Assembly: GCA_951406725.2 (NCBI GenBank)
Contig: OX597820.1
Coordinates: forward strand, 105,710,001 to 105,774,000
DNA: 64,000 bases
Origin: Octopus vulgaris
Taxonomy: Eukaryota
Reading direction: 5' to 3'
Shown: piece by piece, positions 37,469-51,670 of the stretch
How positions within the stretch are numbered: the first letter of the stretch is position 1
How the letters are laid out: each line of letters opens with the position of its first letter
Translations under genes and position numbers: made by a program
The notes under the pieces: generated by a model
The model's database searches: none
The model's input: only the letters and a program-made list of their open reading frames with translations
What the model was told of the DNA's origin: nothing

Positions 37469-39358
37469 AATAATAAAGGGTAAAATTAATTAATTAATAA
37501 TTTTACCAAGTAGTTCGGTATGTTAAAATAACCTTTATCGGTAACCTCATACTAAAAATTATAATTTTTATAGATAGATAGATAGTTGTTATTGTATTTT
37601 TATAATTAAATATTATTAGGAATAGCATTAAAAAATTTTTAATATTTTGTGTATTGTAAAAGTATGACCAATTTATTATACAAATTTTAATAACAAAATA
37701 TTACATATTACAAAATATTATATTATATTGAAAGAAAATAACTTTACTAAGTTATATTTTATCTTCTTCACTTAAATTGCTTTCGTTTTACCCCTCCCCC
37801 TTCTCTCAATTATATTTAGTTGCTGTGGAAATTCCACTTTACTTTTTACATCAACACTCGTTGAACGCAGAAAATCATCTCGAGAAGAGGTCTGTAGTTT
37901 TATATATATTTTGCATTATTTTTACATATTCTACATATTCTTTACATTATTTTTAATCGGTCCGAAACATCTAAAAGGCTACTTTTTAGTCTCTATTCCG
38001 GAGGAGTTAATCAATTAGAAAAAAATACGACTTAATATGTTCGCTTAATATGTTCGTAACTATTTTATCAACTAATCTATCACCAATGAAGCAAACTTAT
38101 CGCTCTAAAGATCAGATCGAATATTACATAAGCAACATACAGTTAAAACACTTATTCAATCACGTTTCGTTACTAAGTTCAATGCCTCTGGAATGTAAAC
38201 ATTCAAAAACCGCCTCTTTCGACCGTTTTCCCGTTTCAAACAAAATTAGGTACTGTGGCTTTTCTTAGTTTAGCTTGTAAATATCTCTAAAATGTTTGTT
38301 CTTGATGTGGTTACTCTAAACAAAACCGTAACACACTCTACACCAGTTTTTGGCGCATATTTTGTTTTCTGCTTTGTTTATAGTTCAACATAGATCTATT
38401 GATACATGCTTGGGTCTATAGTCAGACAATCTGCAGCCAATTTTTGGCCTGTTTACCTAACCCTCGACCAGAAATATTTCTCTCCATTGTTTATGCATTG
38501 TAGTTTACTGTAATTTTGTTGTCAAAGTGAGTTGAACTACAAACTGACCAACGGATGGTTGGTTTGCACTTTGCTTAATTAATATGAAGCGTAAATCTCG
38601 ATATTGACCGTAAAAGTCCTTCATGGCTTAAATTATACTGTCCTATTTTGTTGTACTTGTTGCATATTTCCATTTCAAAAGCCCAATGTATTATAGTTGA
38701 ATGCTAAAATCTAACCACACCTTTCCGTCACTGTGTTTATATGCTTACTGATAGAAACACAAACCAACAGGAACGCGATCTGCAAGAAATGGCAGCTAAA
38801 TCTTTCGCAGATTATTATTTCGTCGTTATGGAAAATATGCAACAACTTATTAAAAACGGGATTGGCGCTGCTAGAAATTTATTTCATTATATAATGTTAC
38901 TCCATCAGGGCAGACCTAATTAAATACACACACGCACTTGTTTTCGAAGTGGCTACGAATGGAGAGCTATTGGCAAGTTAATCATTAGCGTTATTCTATT
39001 TAGCACTTGACTACAGCAACATGATGCGAGTCAGTTCGAGATAATTGTCTTTTGTCTCAAGTCGTCAAACAGAATGACAGAATACTTGCATATTTTTTAA
39101 ATACTTCTCAGAAAATTATAATCATATACAATGTCCATTAACCAACTGTAAATAAATGTAAATGTTTATTATTGCATTGAGGTATAGTCACGTTAGTAGT
39201 TGAAAATGCGCACATGGAGAGAGAGAGTCAAATTGATTTCAGGGAAGAGGATTAATAACATTGTTAGTGACAGACCATATACTTTACTTCCCTTTAGTTC
39301 AAATCTTGCTTATGTCATTGGCTTTCATTTTCTTTTGTTGGTTGTGAAATCAAATATT

Positions 39359-40729
39359 AACAAGAGCACTCGGAGAGTGCAATCCTCCGCCAAAGCAACA
39401 CCAACGTCTTCTCAACGATTAGCTGGAGATGATTTTTAAAATGAAGATATCTGAAATAAACTCGCTCGCCGCTATGCCTAAACGGGAATACTAAAAATGA
39501 ACCGGATCTTTTCTGTTTGATAGACGGAATTTTCTAGTTAACTAAAAAATTTGAAACTTCGTATACTGGTAGAATGTGTCAAAAGAAAACATTATTGTAA
39601 ACAAAATTGTAATTCGGAACTTAAACGTAGTTTAATTTTACGAATTTTAACCAATGAAATCGCAGCATTCGAGCTCAAATTATTTACTGCGTCTAAAAAC
39701 TCACACGCACACGTCTTATTCATCCTTGTCCCTTCTTCTGTCTTCTACATGTGCTAGAAATAACAGCTATATCTCTTAAATCGATGAATTTCGTCGCCCA
39801 ATAAAAATATTAATGATATTTTTTGAATATTTCTTTATTTTTTTTTACCGAAAAGGCTTCTCCCATGGTTTTGAAGGGCCAGAAACAACAAAAACAAAAC
39901 AATAATATGCCTAAATCGGTCTCGAGTTTGCGCGTGGAGTGTGAGTCGTATTGTAAAAATTTGCGAAATATTTTTTCATAAAAGGATGCCCTCAGCTTGT
40001 CGGAAGCTGTGATATAAATTGGGAAAAAAATCCTCGATACCAGTGCGTAATTGGTACTTAATTTATCGACCCCGAAATGATGAAACATTGACCCCACCCC
40101 TTCTGGTTTATTTACCTTTTGTGCAAATTTGTTGCGGCAAGTGGCAAAACACGAACGTGTATGTATGCTTGTGTGTGTATGTATATGTCAGTTTGTATGT
40201 GTGTGTACGCTTATATATTAATTACTATGTGCTTGTGCAAATGTATATGCATGTGTTTGAGAGAGAGTGTGTGTGTGTGTGTGTCGTGCGTCTGCTATAT
40301 TTCTTTATCCGTATCGATAACGCAGCAATGCTGGGATTTCATTGGTTAAAATTCGTAAAATTAAACTACGTTTAAGTTACGAATTACAATTTTGTTTACA
40401 ATAATGTTTTCTTTTGACACATTCTACCAGTATACGAAGTTTCAAATTTTTTAGTTAACTAGAAAATTCTGTCTATCAAACAGAAAGGATCCAACCCGGG
40501 ACTGCTCTCAAAAATTAAGTAAAAAAAATAATAAGCAGGAAAAATAATCCAGAATCCTTGTCCAGTACCGGATCGATCCCAAAATCGAATCAGTTCGTGT
40601 CAGTCACAAGGCCAAATATCTCTGAAAGTTTCATCCGAATCCACCCTGCGGTTCTTGAGACATCTTGTCCACGGACAAACAAACACGATTGAAAGCAATA
40701 CCTCCGCCTTCGCTAAGGCGAGGTAATAA
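39359..40729 (-). mobile_element. DINE-1/Helentron-like non-autonomous element, interrupted by a MITE
   Basis: Minus 5' hairpin tacctcgcctt-agcg-aaggcggaggta; 3' sub-terminal ggcggagg, hairpin gcactc-tcc-gagtgc, end TCTTGTT. Confidence 0.7.
39504..40492. mobile_element. Long-TIR GGATC MITE (reverse-orientation copy of 26849-27973)
   Basis: ~165-bp TIRs ggatcttttctgtttgatagacggaattttc... / ...gaaaattctgtctatcaaacagaaaggatcc. Confidence 0.85.
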
Positions 40730-41472
40730 TGAACTCAGGTGTTCTACAGCTCATCAGAAAAAGTAGCAAAAAAGGCATGAGTTCTCTTTTAAAAAAAAAA
40801 TTTATTGCTGCCATGATTAAAATTTACACAGAGTAGGAAGTGGTTTGAGAAAGATTTAGCTGCAATTCCTCGTAGGTTGAGGTAAAATTTAGAGATTTTA
40901 CTTGGGTCATAAATGCATAAAATAAGCATTAAAGAGTGATTTCAGTATAGTCCTATTTGAGGCAGATTTGCCTGCTGTATCTAGTAGCTCTAGCATACAC
41001 GAATCTTTTACATATGAATTTAAACGTTTTCTAGTAAGGAGCATCGACAGATCTAGTCTTTCTCGTTTGCAAAATGAGCCTCCTTAATTTTGTCCAGATT
41101 GCTTTTAACTTTGGTATATCAATGCAACTCTGAATTTTGATTACAATCAACCAATTACTTTATCTCATAAATGAAAGAATCTAATGTTATTTAGAATTAA
41201 AGTTGACACCGCTCCGCTAAATGCAGAAAATTTCTGTCTTGCTATTGGCTAAAAATACTAAGTTTTTTTCAATTTTTAAACCTCTGTAACTTTTTTCTCC
41301 ACAACATCATACCTTCAAAGCAATGAGACTGGAAGGCTACATTATTATAGCTGATTTTCAGATTTTTTACTTCCTTTTAAAAAATGCATATTTTGCATAA
41401 ATGAAAAGAACTAGATCTGCATCTACTATATAGAAATGCTGCCTTATGGTAAAAAAAACATATGTATGTATG

Positions 41473-41701
41473 AATGACTCAAACAAGTAAAAGAGTAAAA
41501 ACAAGGTAAGGAGCTTGCTTCCCAACCACATGGTTCCGAGTTCAGTCCCACTGTGTGGTACCTTGGGCAAGTGTCTTCTACTATAGCCTCAGACTGGCCA
41601 AAGCCTTGTGAGTGGATTTGGTAGACAGAAACTGAAAGAAGCCCATTGTATATACATATATTCGTATATATTTGTGTGTGTCTATGTTTGTCCCCCCACC
41701 A
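41473..41701 (+). repeat. Inverted near-identical copy of 42734-42960 (SINE tail-head junction)
   Basis: Same chimeric junction aaacaaggtaaggagcttgc in both copies. Confidence 0.85.
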
Positions 41702-42096
41702 GTTTAAGTTTAAGTTTAAATCAGTTTCATAAACTGTAGACTGTAATTTGAGGAAGATTAGGCTTCTATATCTATTAGGGTCCAGCTTGCATCATAAATT
41801 TTAATGCTTGTTTTAATACAACTTTAACAGGCATTTCATAATCATACTCTAGATATGGTAGTTAAATGACATGTACAAAACCCTTCAACGCAGTGTCTAC
41901 CTGTCTCCACACTATATAAGTTGGCTCTTTTCGTTAATGACATCCACTTTGGAGAATTATTGATTCTTGTGATTACTTCCCCTTCTCATATGCAAGCATT
42001 CTCAATTGTCATTTGGTAATTACTGCAAATCATCTAGAGACAGAGAATTTTATTAAATCAAGTATTTGTGTTGTATGGTATTTGACATACTTGTAT

Positions 42097-42144
<48 letters not shown>

Positions 42145-42281
42145 AAAAAATACAAACTGGGATAAGAACGCAAAACATTTTGATGACGACACAAAAAACA
42201 CGGACGGGACATTCAAAGCCATCAATCTTCAGTCAAGAACTGGATCATCCACGCAATTTCATATATACATATATATACATA

Positions 42282-42532
42282 CATCATCATCATCATCATC
42301 GTTTAGCATCCGCTTTCCATGCTAACATGGGTTGGATGGTTCAACTGGGGTCTGGGAAGCCAGAAGGCTGCACCAGGCCCAGTCTGATCTGGCAATGTTT
42401 CTACGGCTGGATGCCCTTCCTAACGCCAACCACTCCGTGAGTGTAGTGGGTGCTTTTTATGTGCCACCGGCACGAGGCCAGTCGGGCCAGCGCTGGCAAC
42501 GGCCACGTTCGGATGGTGCTTTTTACGTGCCA
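42282..42532 (-). mobile_element. RTE 3'-end-like (GAT)n-tailed repeat
   Basis: Reverse complement of the 50160-50386 type. Confidence 0.8.
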
Positions 42533-42552
42533 CATATATGTATATACTTTTA

Positions 42553-42990
42553 TTCTTTTACTTGTTTATTTGTTTCAGTCATTTGACTGTGGCCATGCTG
42601 GAGCACTGTCTTTAGTTCAACAAATTGACCCCAGGACTTATTCTTTGTAAGCCTAATACTTATTCTATTGGTCTTTTTTGCCAAAACGCAAAGCTGTGGA
42701 GACATTAATGCACCAACATCGATTGTCAAGTGGTGGTGGGGGGACAAACAGAGACACACAAATATATACGAATATATGTATATACAATGGGCTTCTTTCA
42801 GTTTCTGTCTACCAAATCCACTCACAAGGCTTTGGCCAGTCCGAGGCTATAGTAGAAGACACTTGCCCAAGGTACCACACAGTGGGACTGAACTCGGAAC
42901 CATGTGGTTGGGAAGCAAGCTCCTTACCTTGTTTTTACTCTTTTACTTGTTTGAGTCATTTGACTGCTGCCATGCTGGAGCACTGCCTTT
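42553..42990 (-). mobile_element. tRNA-derived SINE plus adjacent tail of a second copy
   Basis: Same family as 5027-5426. Confidence 0.8.
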
Positions 42991-43099
42991 CAACTGTGTT
43001 ACATTGTGGTTTTTTTTCTCCAACTTTCCTTTTCAAAACACCCCACAGATGTTCTTTTAAGTTTAAATCAGGTGACAAGGCAATACCTTTACCTTTTTA

Positions 43100-43830
43100 T
43101 CTGATAAAAACTTAGTCGTCATCTTTGAAATGTGTTTAGAGTCATTATCGTATTGAAACATAGAATGTCTTCCTTGATGCTTTTCAACATTGCTTTCTGC
43201 AATATATCCCAATAAAGCCTTGAATCCATTGTTCTCTCAATAAATGTGACCCCTCCTACACCAGCGACACTCATGCATCCCCAAAGCATAAAACTTCTGC
43301 GGTGTTTCACAGTAGGCATGGTCCATTTTTCGCTATTGTCATCACCTGGTCTTTGCCACACTTGTTTAATACCATCTGGCCCAAATAAGTTGATTTTATT
43401 CTTGTCAGAAAAAATAATTTTATTCCAACACTCCTTCCCCTAACATAGGTTTGGCAAGAGAAAGACGACTTGATTTATGCCTCGTAGTGAGGAGAAGCTA
43501 CCTACAAGGAATGCGCCTATGAAGACCACATTGGTTCAGGCTTCGGCGAGCTGTATGAGCGGACACATGATGCCTGTTGTCCATCATGCAACATTAGATG
43601 TGGTGAATATCATGTGCAGTTAAAATAAAAGGATGACCCAGACAATGTTTCTTGCTTAGCCATCCAGTAGCTTTGTATGTAGAAATTACATTGGCAATAA
43701 TGTTTATGCTAATATGAATTCTTTTGCTAATTAACTTGTATCCTAAATAATTCTTGAGCAATTTAAAAATAATTTTCTTCAAAACTTCTTACAATTCCTT
43801 TCCTTTTGGTGCCATTTTAATCACAGTACA
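43100..43830 (-). pseudogene. Tc1-like transposase relic
   Basis: PTVKHRRSFMLWGCMSVAGVG..TMDSRLYWDIL (ORF 43119-43361); N-terminal HTH-like ORF 43594-43782. Confidence 0.85.
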
Positions 43831-44736
43831 TATAAACATATGTATGTGTGTATATGTGCGTGTGTGTGTGTATATATGTATATACATATAGATATATATA
43901 CTGCAGTTGACAAGTTTGAAACCGAATCTATCTGCACTAGCTGCAATTGCACCAGACATGTGGTTCTCATTAAAAAGTTGTATTCTTTTCCTTTATAATA
44001 CAATCATTAATTATTTTTGCATCCGTAGTTCTGATCAATGGTTCATTTGGGGAAAATGAAATCACAAGTTTCCAGAAGTTAATCTATCTGCATAATACAG
44101 AGTTAACGTTAGAATTTTATTCACACTAATGGCAAAACTAAACCCACAATAAGGGATTTGTAAACAACTGCATATTTATTACAAACGGCACTAACAGGGA
44201 AACGAGTCTACAATATAGTGTGTCAAATGCTACAAGGGGGTTTTCCTAGGGGATTTTGTGTTGGTGGGGTTGTGTCAGTTTTTGTTTTTTTTTACACAGG
44301 TAAGCGATGGAACATTTTTGGGCCAATAGGTGGGCAATATTGCAATTTGGCGTGAAAAGTTTGGGAAACACTGGTTTAACATAATAGCAACGATATATAT
44401 ATATATAATACCCATAATATATATATGAATGTAATATATATAATATACATATAATATACATGTAATATATACAAATATAATATACATATATAATATTTCG
44501 ATTTTCTTGTGCTGAAGCTAGCCATTTCTTGTTCGCATTGTACCCACCCGTTCCTGCCTCTACCACCAATACCAGAAATCCCTTCTCTTGTACTGGAAAT
44601 CTCTTATACTAAAACTCTCACAGAGCTCTGCTTCATTTCTGCACCAGAAGACCTACATACATCTTCCTTTCTCTCACCCCCCCTCACTCTCTCTTTCTCT
44701 CTCTCCCTCTCTCTCTCTCCCTCTCTCTCTCTCCCT

Positions 44737-44770
<34 letters not shown>

Positions 44771-44773
44771 CTA

Positions 44774-44808
<35 letters not shown>

Positions 44809-45086
44809 ACATACAACAAGAAATAATTATTGTCTCTTTTTATGGAGACAAAATGGTTTATAGGATGGCAAAAAAGAAGTGCTCAAACGAAATTGAGACA
44901 GAGATAAAAAAAAACATTGATTAGAGAACAAACATCAAATTCAAGTCAACAACTTTATATAACACCACACTTCCATACATTTAATCATATATAAATATTA
45001 CCATGGCCTTCAACATATAAAAAGAATATATATACAAACACAGAAGGTAAAAAATATATATGCACATGAAAGTACAAATATATGTT

Positions 45087-45915
45087 TGTTAGTTAGTTAG
45101 TTAGTTAATTTGGCTCAAAAGCAAATAGCAAGGCCATGTAGGGGGACATGGAGTTAAGTACAGGGTGGTGTTCATGTAAAGAGTTCAGGCCACTTGAGGT
45201 CCAGGGAGGCTTTGAACAAAGCGGTCGTCGGCATCTTCACCATCTCGTCTGGCAGCTTGTTCCACGGATCCGCAACCCGGACGGAGAAAGCTCCTCTCCT
45301 TCGATTGAGATGAAATCGTCGCAGGTAGAGCTTTTCGGAATGACCCCGCAGCCGACGCTCCGGAGCAGGAGTGAAGAACAGTTCTTTCGAGAGGTTACAC
45401 TTCCCGCTTATGATGTTGTGGGCGAGAATGAGATCACCACGGCGGCGGCGTTTTTCAAGAGAATAAAGGTCGAGCGTCCTCAGCCTTTCTTCGTAGGACA
45501 AATTTTTGAGACCATGAACCATGCGGGTAGCCAGCCTCTGGACTCTTTCGAGATGCTGTATGTCTTTGAGGAGATAAGGAGAAGAGGCCTGAATCCCATA
45601 CTCCAATATGGGTCTCACCAGCGTGACATAGAGTGGCAGGAATATGGCTGCTGTGAGCATTCTGAATGACTGTCGAATCGAAAACAGAATTCCGCGCGCT
45701 TTGTTGGCAGCATGGATGCACTGGGCCGAAGGCGAAAAGGAGGAATCCACCAAGATACCCAGGTCCTTTACCTGATCGGTCCTCTCCAGCAGCAGACGAC
45801 CCGGCTCGAAATCAAGTTGAGTTGCAGGAGTAGAGCCGACAGGCAGATGACAGCACTTTGACACGTTCAGACACAGGTCCCAATCGTTAGACCACTTCCA
45901 AATTTGGTGGAGGCA
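45087..45915 (-). pseudogene. Young 5'-truncated CR1-group LINE 3' end with (TAAC)n tail
   Basis: Open ORF 45172-45930: KDLGILVDS..LYVTLVRPILEY..LERVQRLATR..YEERLRTLDL..RRRRGDLI..FSVRVADPWNKLP. Confidence 0.92.
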
Positions 45916-46019
45916 AGAACAGCCAATCAAGAAAATGTATATACAGTCAACTAAAAATAAGTAATCAAAATGGATTATTAAAACAGATCAGGTGACTAAA
46001 AAAAGGGTGGGGTATAAGA

Positions 46020-46250
46020 GGAATTGGATGTTGTGTGCAAAAAAGAAGACTGCGTTGGTATTGGATGTGATATATATGGATGAAGACAGCTGTTTAGAGA
46101 AGTTTCAACTACTAAATGTAGCTGGAATTTACAGAAGAGAAAGACCTAGAAAGACATGGGATGAAGTAGCTAAGGCTGACCTCAGAACCCTGAGCCCTGA
46201 TGGAGGAGATGACAAAGGACTGGGATCTCTGGTGATATGAGGTTCTCAAT
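46020..46250 (+). pseudogene. RTE C-terminal relic
   Basis: MDEDSCL...RRERPRKTWDEV, homologous to 14160-14350. Confidence 0.65.
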
Positions 46251-47264
46251 GACTCATCCTTGTCATAGAAACTGAGTTCTGGAAATACTATGTATTGAGC
46301 TGTCCACCCACATTACAATGATTCAATCTTCATATCCTATGCATTGGTTTTACCTCTTCCTTTCCACTTTCTCAGTTATTGCAGACTATCCTACCATGAT
46401 ATTTATCTCTTGTCTCCCCCACCACCAATAACTGTATGATCTTAACCACTCCTGCAACTTGCATTGCCTCCACCCCCTGTTACTATCTTTTGCATCCTTT
46501 TATTTCCTCTAACTCATGCCTCCTTGTTCGTCCACCCTTCAGCCCTAACATTTTTAGTACTCTGCCTCCACATCCCTTTATTCTCCTTCCCATTCAATCT
46601 TGCAAACTGATTCTTCTTTGTGCCTTATTGCCATTATCTACCTCTTTCAACTCATACTGTTCATTTTCTCTCTCTCTTTCTCTCTCCTTACCCCTTACTA
46701 GATCTGAGTACCCATGCAGACCTTCTAGAAGAACACATTCATAAGCCAATGCCATCCTCTACCATGAAGCTGACCCCTTCCCTCTCCACGTTTATAGTTC
46801 TGTGAGTTGCAGGTTGACTTCAATAGTTTAGGTAAGCACTGAAAAGAGCATCCAGTCCATGTTGTTGAGTGAATGGCGTTAGGATTGGCATTCAGCCTTA
46901 CAAACCATGCACTACCATCCCATGAGCCATGGTATAATTGTTCACACCTTAATACTACAAAACATTACACTCCTTTTGTTCCACAATCTGATTTCTATAC
47001 AACTTAATCATACTCTATGCTTAATTTTCATATTTCTTTATGCCCCCTTGAATACTTTGACTTGTCTCAGTCATAACACAATTAATCCCATGACTAATAC
47101 TTTTGCCATTTTCCTATCTTAAAGCTATTGTCTTTTTCTTCCCCCTTCCTCTCTATCATAGTAGTAGTTGTAGTCAGTGACAGACGAATAAAAGAATCTA
47201 ACTTCTTTTGAGAACCTCATATCACCAGAGATCCCAGTCCTTTGTCATCTCCTCCATCAGTGTC

Positions 47265-48030
47265 TACTTACTCCCTCCACAACACTATTCTCAAAACGTC
47301 TTCTTGTGAACGTGACCTGGGCAGCGGATTTGCGTTGGACAAAACACATTGCTAAAATTGCCAAGAAGGCTGAGGGTGTCTTGGCATCATTTACCAAGTC
47401 CTTTGTGAGCCGCTCTCCAGCTATCTATCTGAGGCTTTATATAGCTATGGTAAGACCTCACCTGGAATTTGCATCACCGGTCTGGAACCCCTATCTTACC
47501 CAGGATATTAATTGTCTGGAAACCATTCAGTGATGTGCAACCTAGAGAATACCCTCTATCAGGCATTTGCCATATTCTGAACGCCTTACTTCCCTGGGCA
47601 TGGATACATTGAAACTCCGACGTCTGGCAACTGACTTGGCAGACACCCATAAAATTATCAACCATCTTACTAACAATAACTCTGAGCACCTTTTCAAACT
47701 CCACCTGTCTAACACCCGTGGACATGTTTACAAAGTCAGAAAACAGCACAGCTCCCATGACTTTCGGAAACATTTTTTCACGCTAAGAGTTGCTGAAGCA
47801 TGGAACAAACTGTCGGCATCAGTTGTTAGTTGTCGGAGCACTGCATCCTTCGATTCTTCCTGAGATTCACTAGCACTACACCTGATTTTCTCCCTTCCAT
47901 ACACATGCAAGCATGTATCTGTCTCATACTCTGTTCACTTCCCAGACATTTGTACATTACTGCATATACTTTATACACACTTTTGACAAGTTGTGGTGCA
48001 TCTGAGCACTGTATACAATAATTTCATTAT
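47265..48030 (+). pseudogene. CR1-group LINE 3' fragment
   Basis: LYIAMVRPHLEFASPVWNPY; PYSERLTSLG..RGHVYKV..FFTLRVAEAWNKL. Confidence 0.88.
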
Positions 48031-49790
48031 TTTACTTTTATTTTTAAGACATAATACCACATGGGGTTGCATCAGTCAGCCCATCCTAAAACACATCACA
48101 AGAATCCTACTAATTTTGTTAGCATTCAGTTGGAAAAAAATCACTATTTTCTTAAGGCAAGTACTCTAAGGGAGCAAACTCTAGTCCTTTCGTTTTGTGA
48201 TTAATTATTAGTGACAGAAGCCATAAGGCAATCTTTATATCCAACGTGACGCAGGTGTTTTGTTAGCTGTTGGCGTACTGCAATATTTACCTTGGGAGAA
48301 CTTTTTATATAGACACACGGTGCATAAAAGCACACATATTTATTTTGTTGGCAGACAAGAGCCATCATTTCAACAAGTTAAGTGTTAAGGTATGAGTTTG
48401 TTGAAAAGTTGAGTATTTCATCATCATCGTTTAGCGTCAGAGAAATACTTTGTGTTGACTGAAGGATCTTTTCAGTTTAGCTGCCAATCTTCGAAAATTC
48501 AAAGTGTCTTGAAAATTTTAAAGTTTGGTACATTAATGTTGTTTTCCCATCTGAATCTCAGGAGATATTTCACTTTTTCCAGAAATATTTGTAAAAGAAA
48601 TTATGGAGGTTTAAAGTTTGGTAATTTTCACCCAGTCAGAAAACAGGATTTAGAAGCTGTCATTTTGTGCTTGACATGTTTTAATATGAAACTATAAATA
48701 AATCAATTTCTGTTTTATGCATGGCATATAACCCCTTGTAACTTATTTATTTTTTGGAATTTTTCGAAAATTTTTACGAATTTGTATTCTACACTCAAGA
48801 ATTCATACAATTATGCAAAAACCAAAAAAACAAACAAAAAATGGTGGGTGGGGCGTGATTTAGGGCCTATTTGGCTACTATATTTTACCACATTTCGCAT
48901 AGAATATTGAATTCAGATGTAAAAAAAGGTGTGTATTCTTTATCAAGGTGGTTTACTGGACAACATAAACCAGAGATTAGTAATATCAGACTAAGAATTG
49001 ATTTTCATGGGATGGTGGCATACAATGGGGAGTGACCTCATGCAATATTTCACTGATATCTTCTGTAATTGACTAAGTGTTACATCATGCACAAAAAATA
49101 GTTTTTATCAGCTGAGTACATTCATTTGTATGTGTGTGTGTGTGAGTATGTGTGTGTATGTATGTAGTATATGTGCGTATATGTATGTTGTATTTGTAGG
49201 TATATGTATGTTGTATATGTAGGTATATATGTATGTATACATATGTATATATGCAGAGAAGTTCAAAGATGTAACTTCTTCGAATTTTTGTGCATAAGAT
49301 CTGAAATGTAAATAATCTCCCTTGAAGATGGAGGCACGTCTCATATTATGTTAAATGCTATGATATGACTGTATTTTCTGATGGACTAAATCTACAAACA
49401 TAATTATGAATTGCTAAGCCTCCAGAAACAGCATTATAATTATAATACCTTTCTTCCACCCCTTTAATTATTTCTAAGTTGGACCTTTTTATATGTATAC
49501 ATATAAACATATTTCATATTTGATGTATTTAATATACTTTATATATTGGTGTGTCTAATTCACTTAATCCCCAAATTGCTTCTGTATATATGTGTGCATG
49601 TATATATATATAGGTGTGAATGTATATATATGTACATATGTTTATATATTATTTTAGTCTTTTACTTGTTTCAGTCATTTGACTGTGACCATGCTGGAGC
49701 ACTGCCTTAATGGGTTTTAGTCGAAGTAATTAACCCTAGGGCTTATTCTTTGTAAGCCTATTACTTATTCTGTTGGTCACTTCTGCTGAC

Positions 49791-49837
<47 letters not shown>

Positions 49838-49865
49838 CACATACACACATATATATATATATCTA

Positions 49866-50386
49866 CCTGGGATGTAGCCAGTCCACTTATGCATTCCTTT
49901 CCTTCTTGGGACACAAAACACTACTTGTGAAGACCTGTTGAGGCAAGTGAGAATCAGAATCAAAATCGAAATCGATCAACATCAATGGAAATTGCAGCTG
50001 TGATACCAGTGCCGGTGGCATGTAAGAGGACCATCCAAAAGTGGCCATTGCCAGCGCCGCCCCAACGGACCTCCGTGCCGGTGGCATGTAAAAAGCATCA
50101 TCCGATCGTGGTCGTTGCCAGCCTCGCCTGGCATTCGTGCTGGTGGCACGTAAAAAGCACCATCTGATCGTGGCCGTTTGCCAGCCTCGTCTGGCACCTG
50201 TGCCGGTGGCACGTAAAATGCTCCCACTACACTCATGGAGTGGTTGGCATTAGGAAGGGCATCCAGCCGTAGAAACGTTGCCAGATCAGACTGGGCCTGG
50301 TGCAGCCTTCTGGCTTCCCAGACCCCAGTTGAACCGTCCAACCCATGCTAGCAGGGAAAGCGGATGCTAAATGATGATGATGATGA
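49866..50386 (+). mobile_element. RTE 3' UTR-like repeat with internal ~55-bp tandem units and (GAT)n tail
   Basis: Repeated gtgccggtggcacgtaaaaagcacc; homologous to 14400-14950. Confidence 0.8.
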
Positions 50387-51670
50387 TATCTGTAATATAA
50401 ATTGGTCATGGACAATTGTTGTATTCTTTCTTGTCTTGAGGTTCACAGCCAAACAGCTGGGTGGATTCACGTGAAAAATGGCACACATGTGGAGACGGGT
50501 GCATAGATTGGAATGTGGTTTGTATTTTTTTCCTAGTTCCCATTCTTACTAAGAAAATCGATTAAAACTTTTCTAGTGGAATTCCCCTGTTTGTTCTGCA
50601 ATTAAAACAACCAGTTGCTCACACAGCTGGCATATACCATTTCTCTAGCAACAAGGGGACTACAAAATGACAGTCAGCCAAAGTCATTCATACATACATA
50701 ACAACCTGTGTGTGTGTGTCACTGAAGCCATTCATACATAGCCTCTGTCTCTCTCTCGCTTTTTCTCTGTCAATCACTCACACATTCACTCACTACAAAA
50801 AGTGAATAAAAAATTTCAGATATCTCTCTCTCTCACCAGTAACATTACTCTCTCTGTCTCTTCATATACACTAACAAAAGCAATTCACATACACACAACA
50901 CATTGTCTTGCACACCTCATCAAACACACACACACACACGCACATCAATTCTTCCATTTCACGCCAACTTCAAAAGAACTTCACTCGTACAATCGCGCTC
51001 TCTCTGTCTCTTAGGCTTTCATGCCGACTTCAAAAGATCCCCTTTCTCCCCAACCCCATATTAAAAAATAAAATTTTTTTTATGGAAACCAACAATCATC
51101 TTCAAAAATGTAAATAAACACATGTGGTTTATAAGTGGTTTGTAAGTGACAGTCGTGTGTTTCCATATCGAAAGATTGCCTAATGTTTTAATGATTAGAC
51201 AAAGGTCCAATAGAATAGCTCTCAGAAACAGACTACGTACAAATTTGTTCTTCACAACTCCTGAAGCTGTTTCCTCCCGGGGGGTGGAAGTCAGGAAATT
51301 TTCATACAGCTGGAGGCTCTAACCGAAACAGGGGACCTGAAATGATAAGGTTGAGAAATGCTGTTATAGATTATGCCTAACTGAAAAGGATCACAGCCAC
51401 ATCATCCAAACAGGCCAGGTGAAACCAGGCTTAGCTGCTAGTATATATATATATATATATTTCTGTGTGAGTTAGAGATTGAGAAACCACCTAAGGGATA
51501 GTATCTGTCCAATATACTCCTGGTAGTGTACCCAATTCTTTATAGTTAAGTACTAGTTATTGCATGGCAATCATGCAATTGAGTATTATATCTGGGCGGG
51601 TGTAAAAGAGTAATTTACCCATGATTTATGCAGCAGATAAAAAAATGGAGAGGGTATAAAATCGATAAAC

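Noticed and set aside
37503-37544. CCGATAA..ggt/acc..GAAC hammerhead-like relic (- strand)
   Set aside because: Several core mismatches, including a non-complementary 3:8 pair; too degenerate.
49990-50230. Regularly spaced repeats resembling a CRISPR array
   Set aside because: The spacers are related to each other, the context is eukaryotic, no cas genes; these are internal tandem units of the RTE 3' UTR repeat.
51408-51441. Hairpin + CTAG (Helitron 3' end); also a TC-start at ~58934
   Set aside because: The matching opposite termini could not be located, so element boundaries are unsupported.
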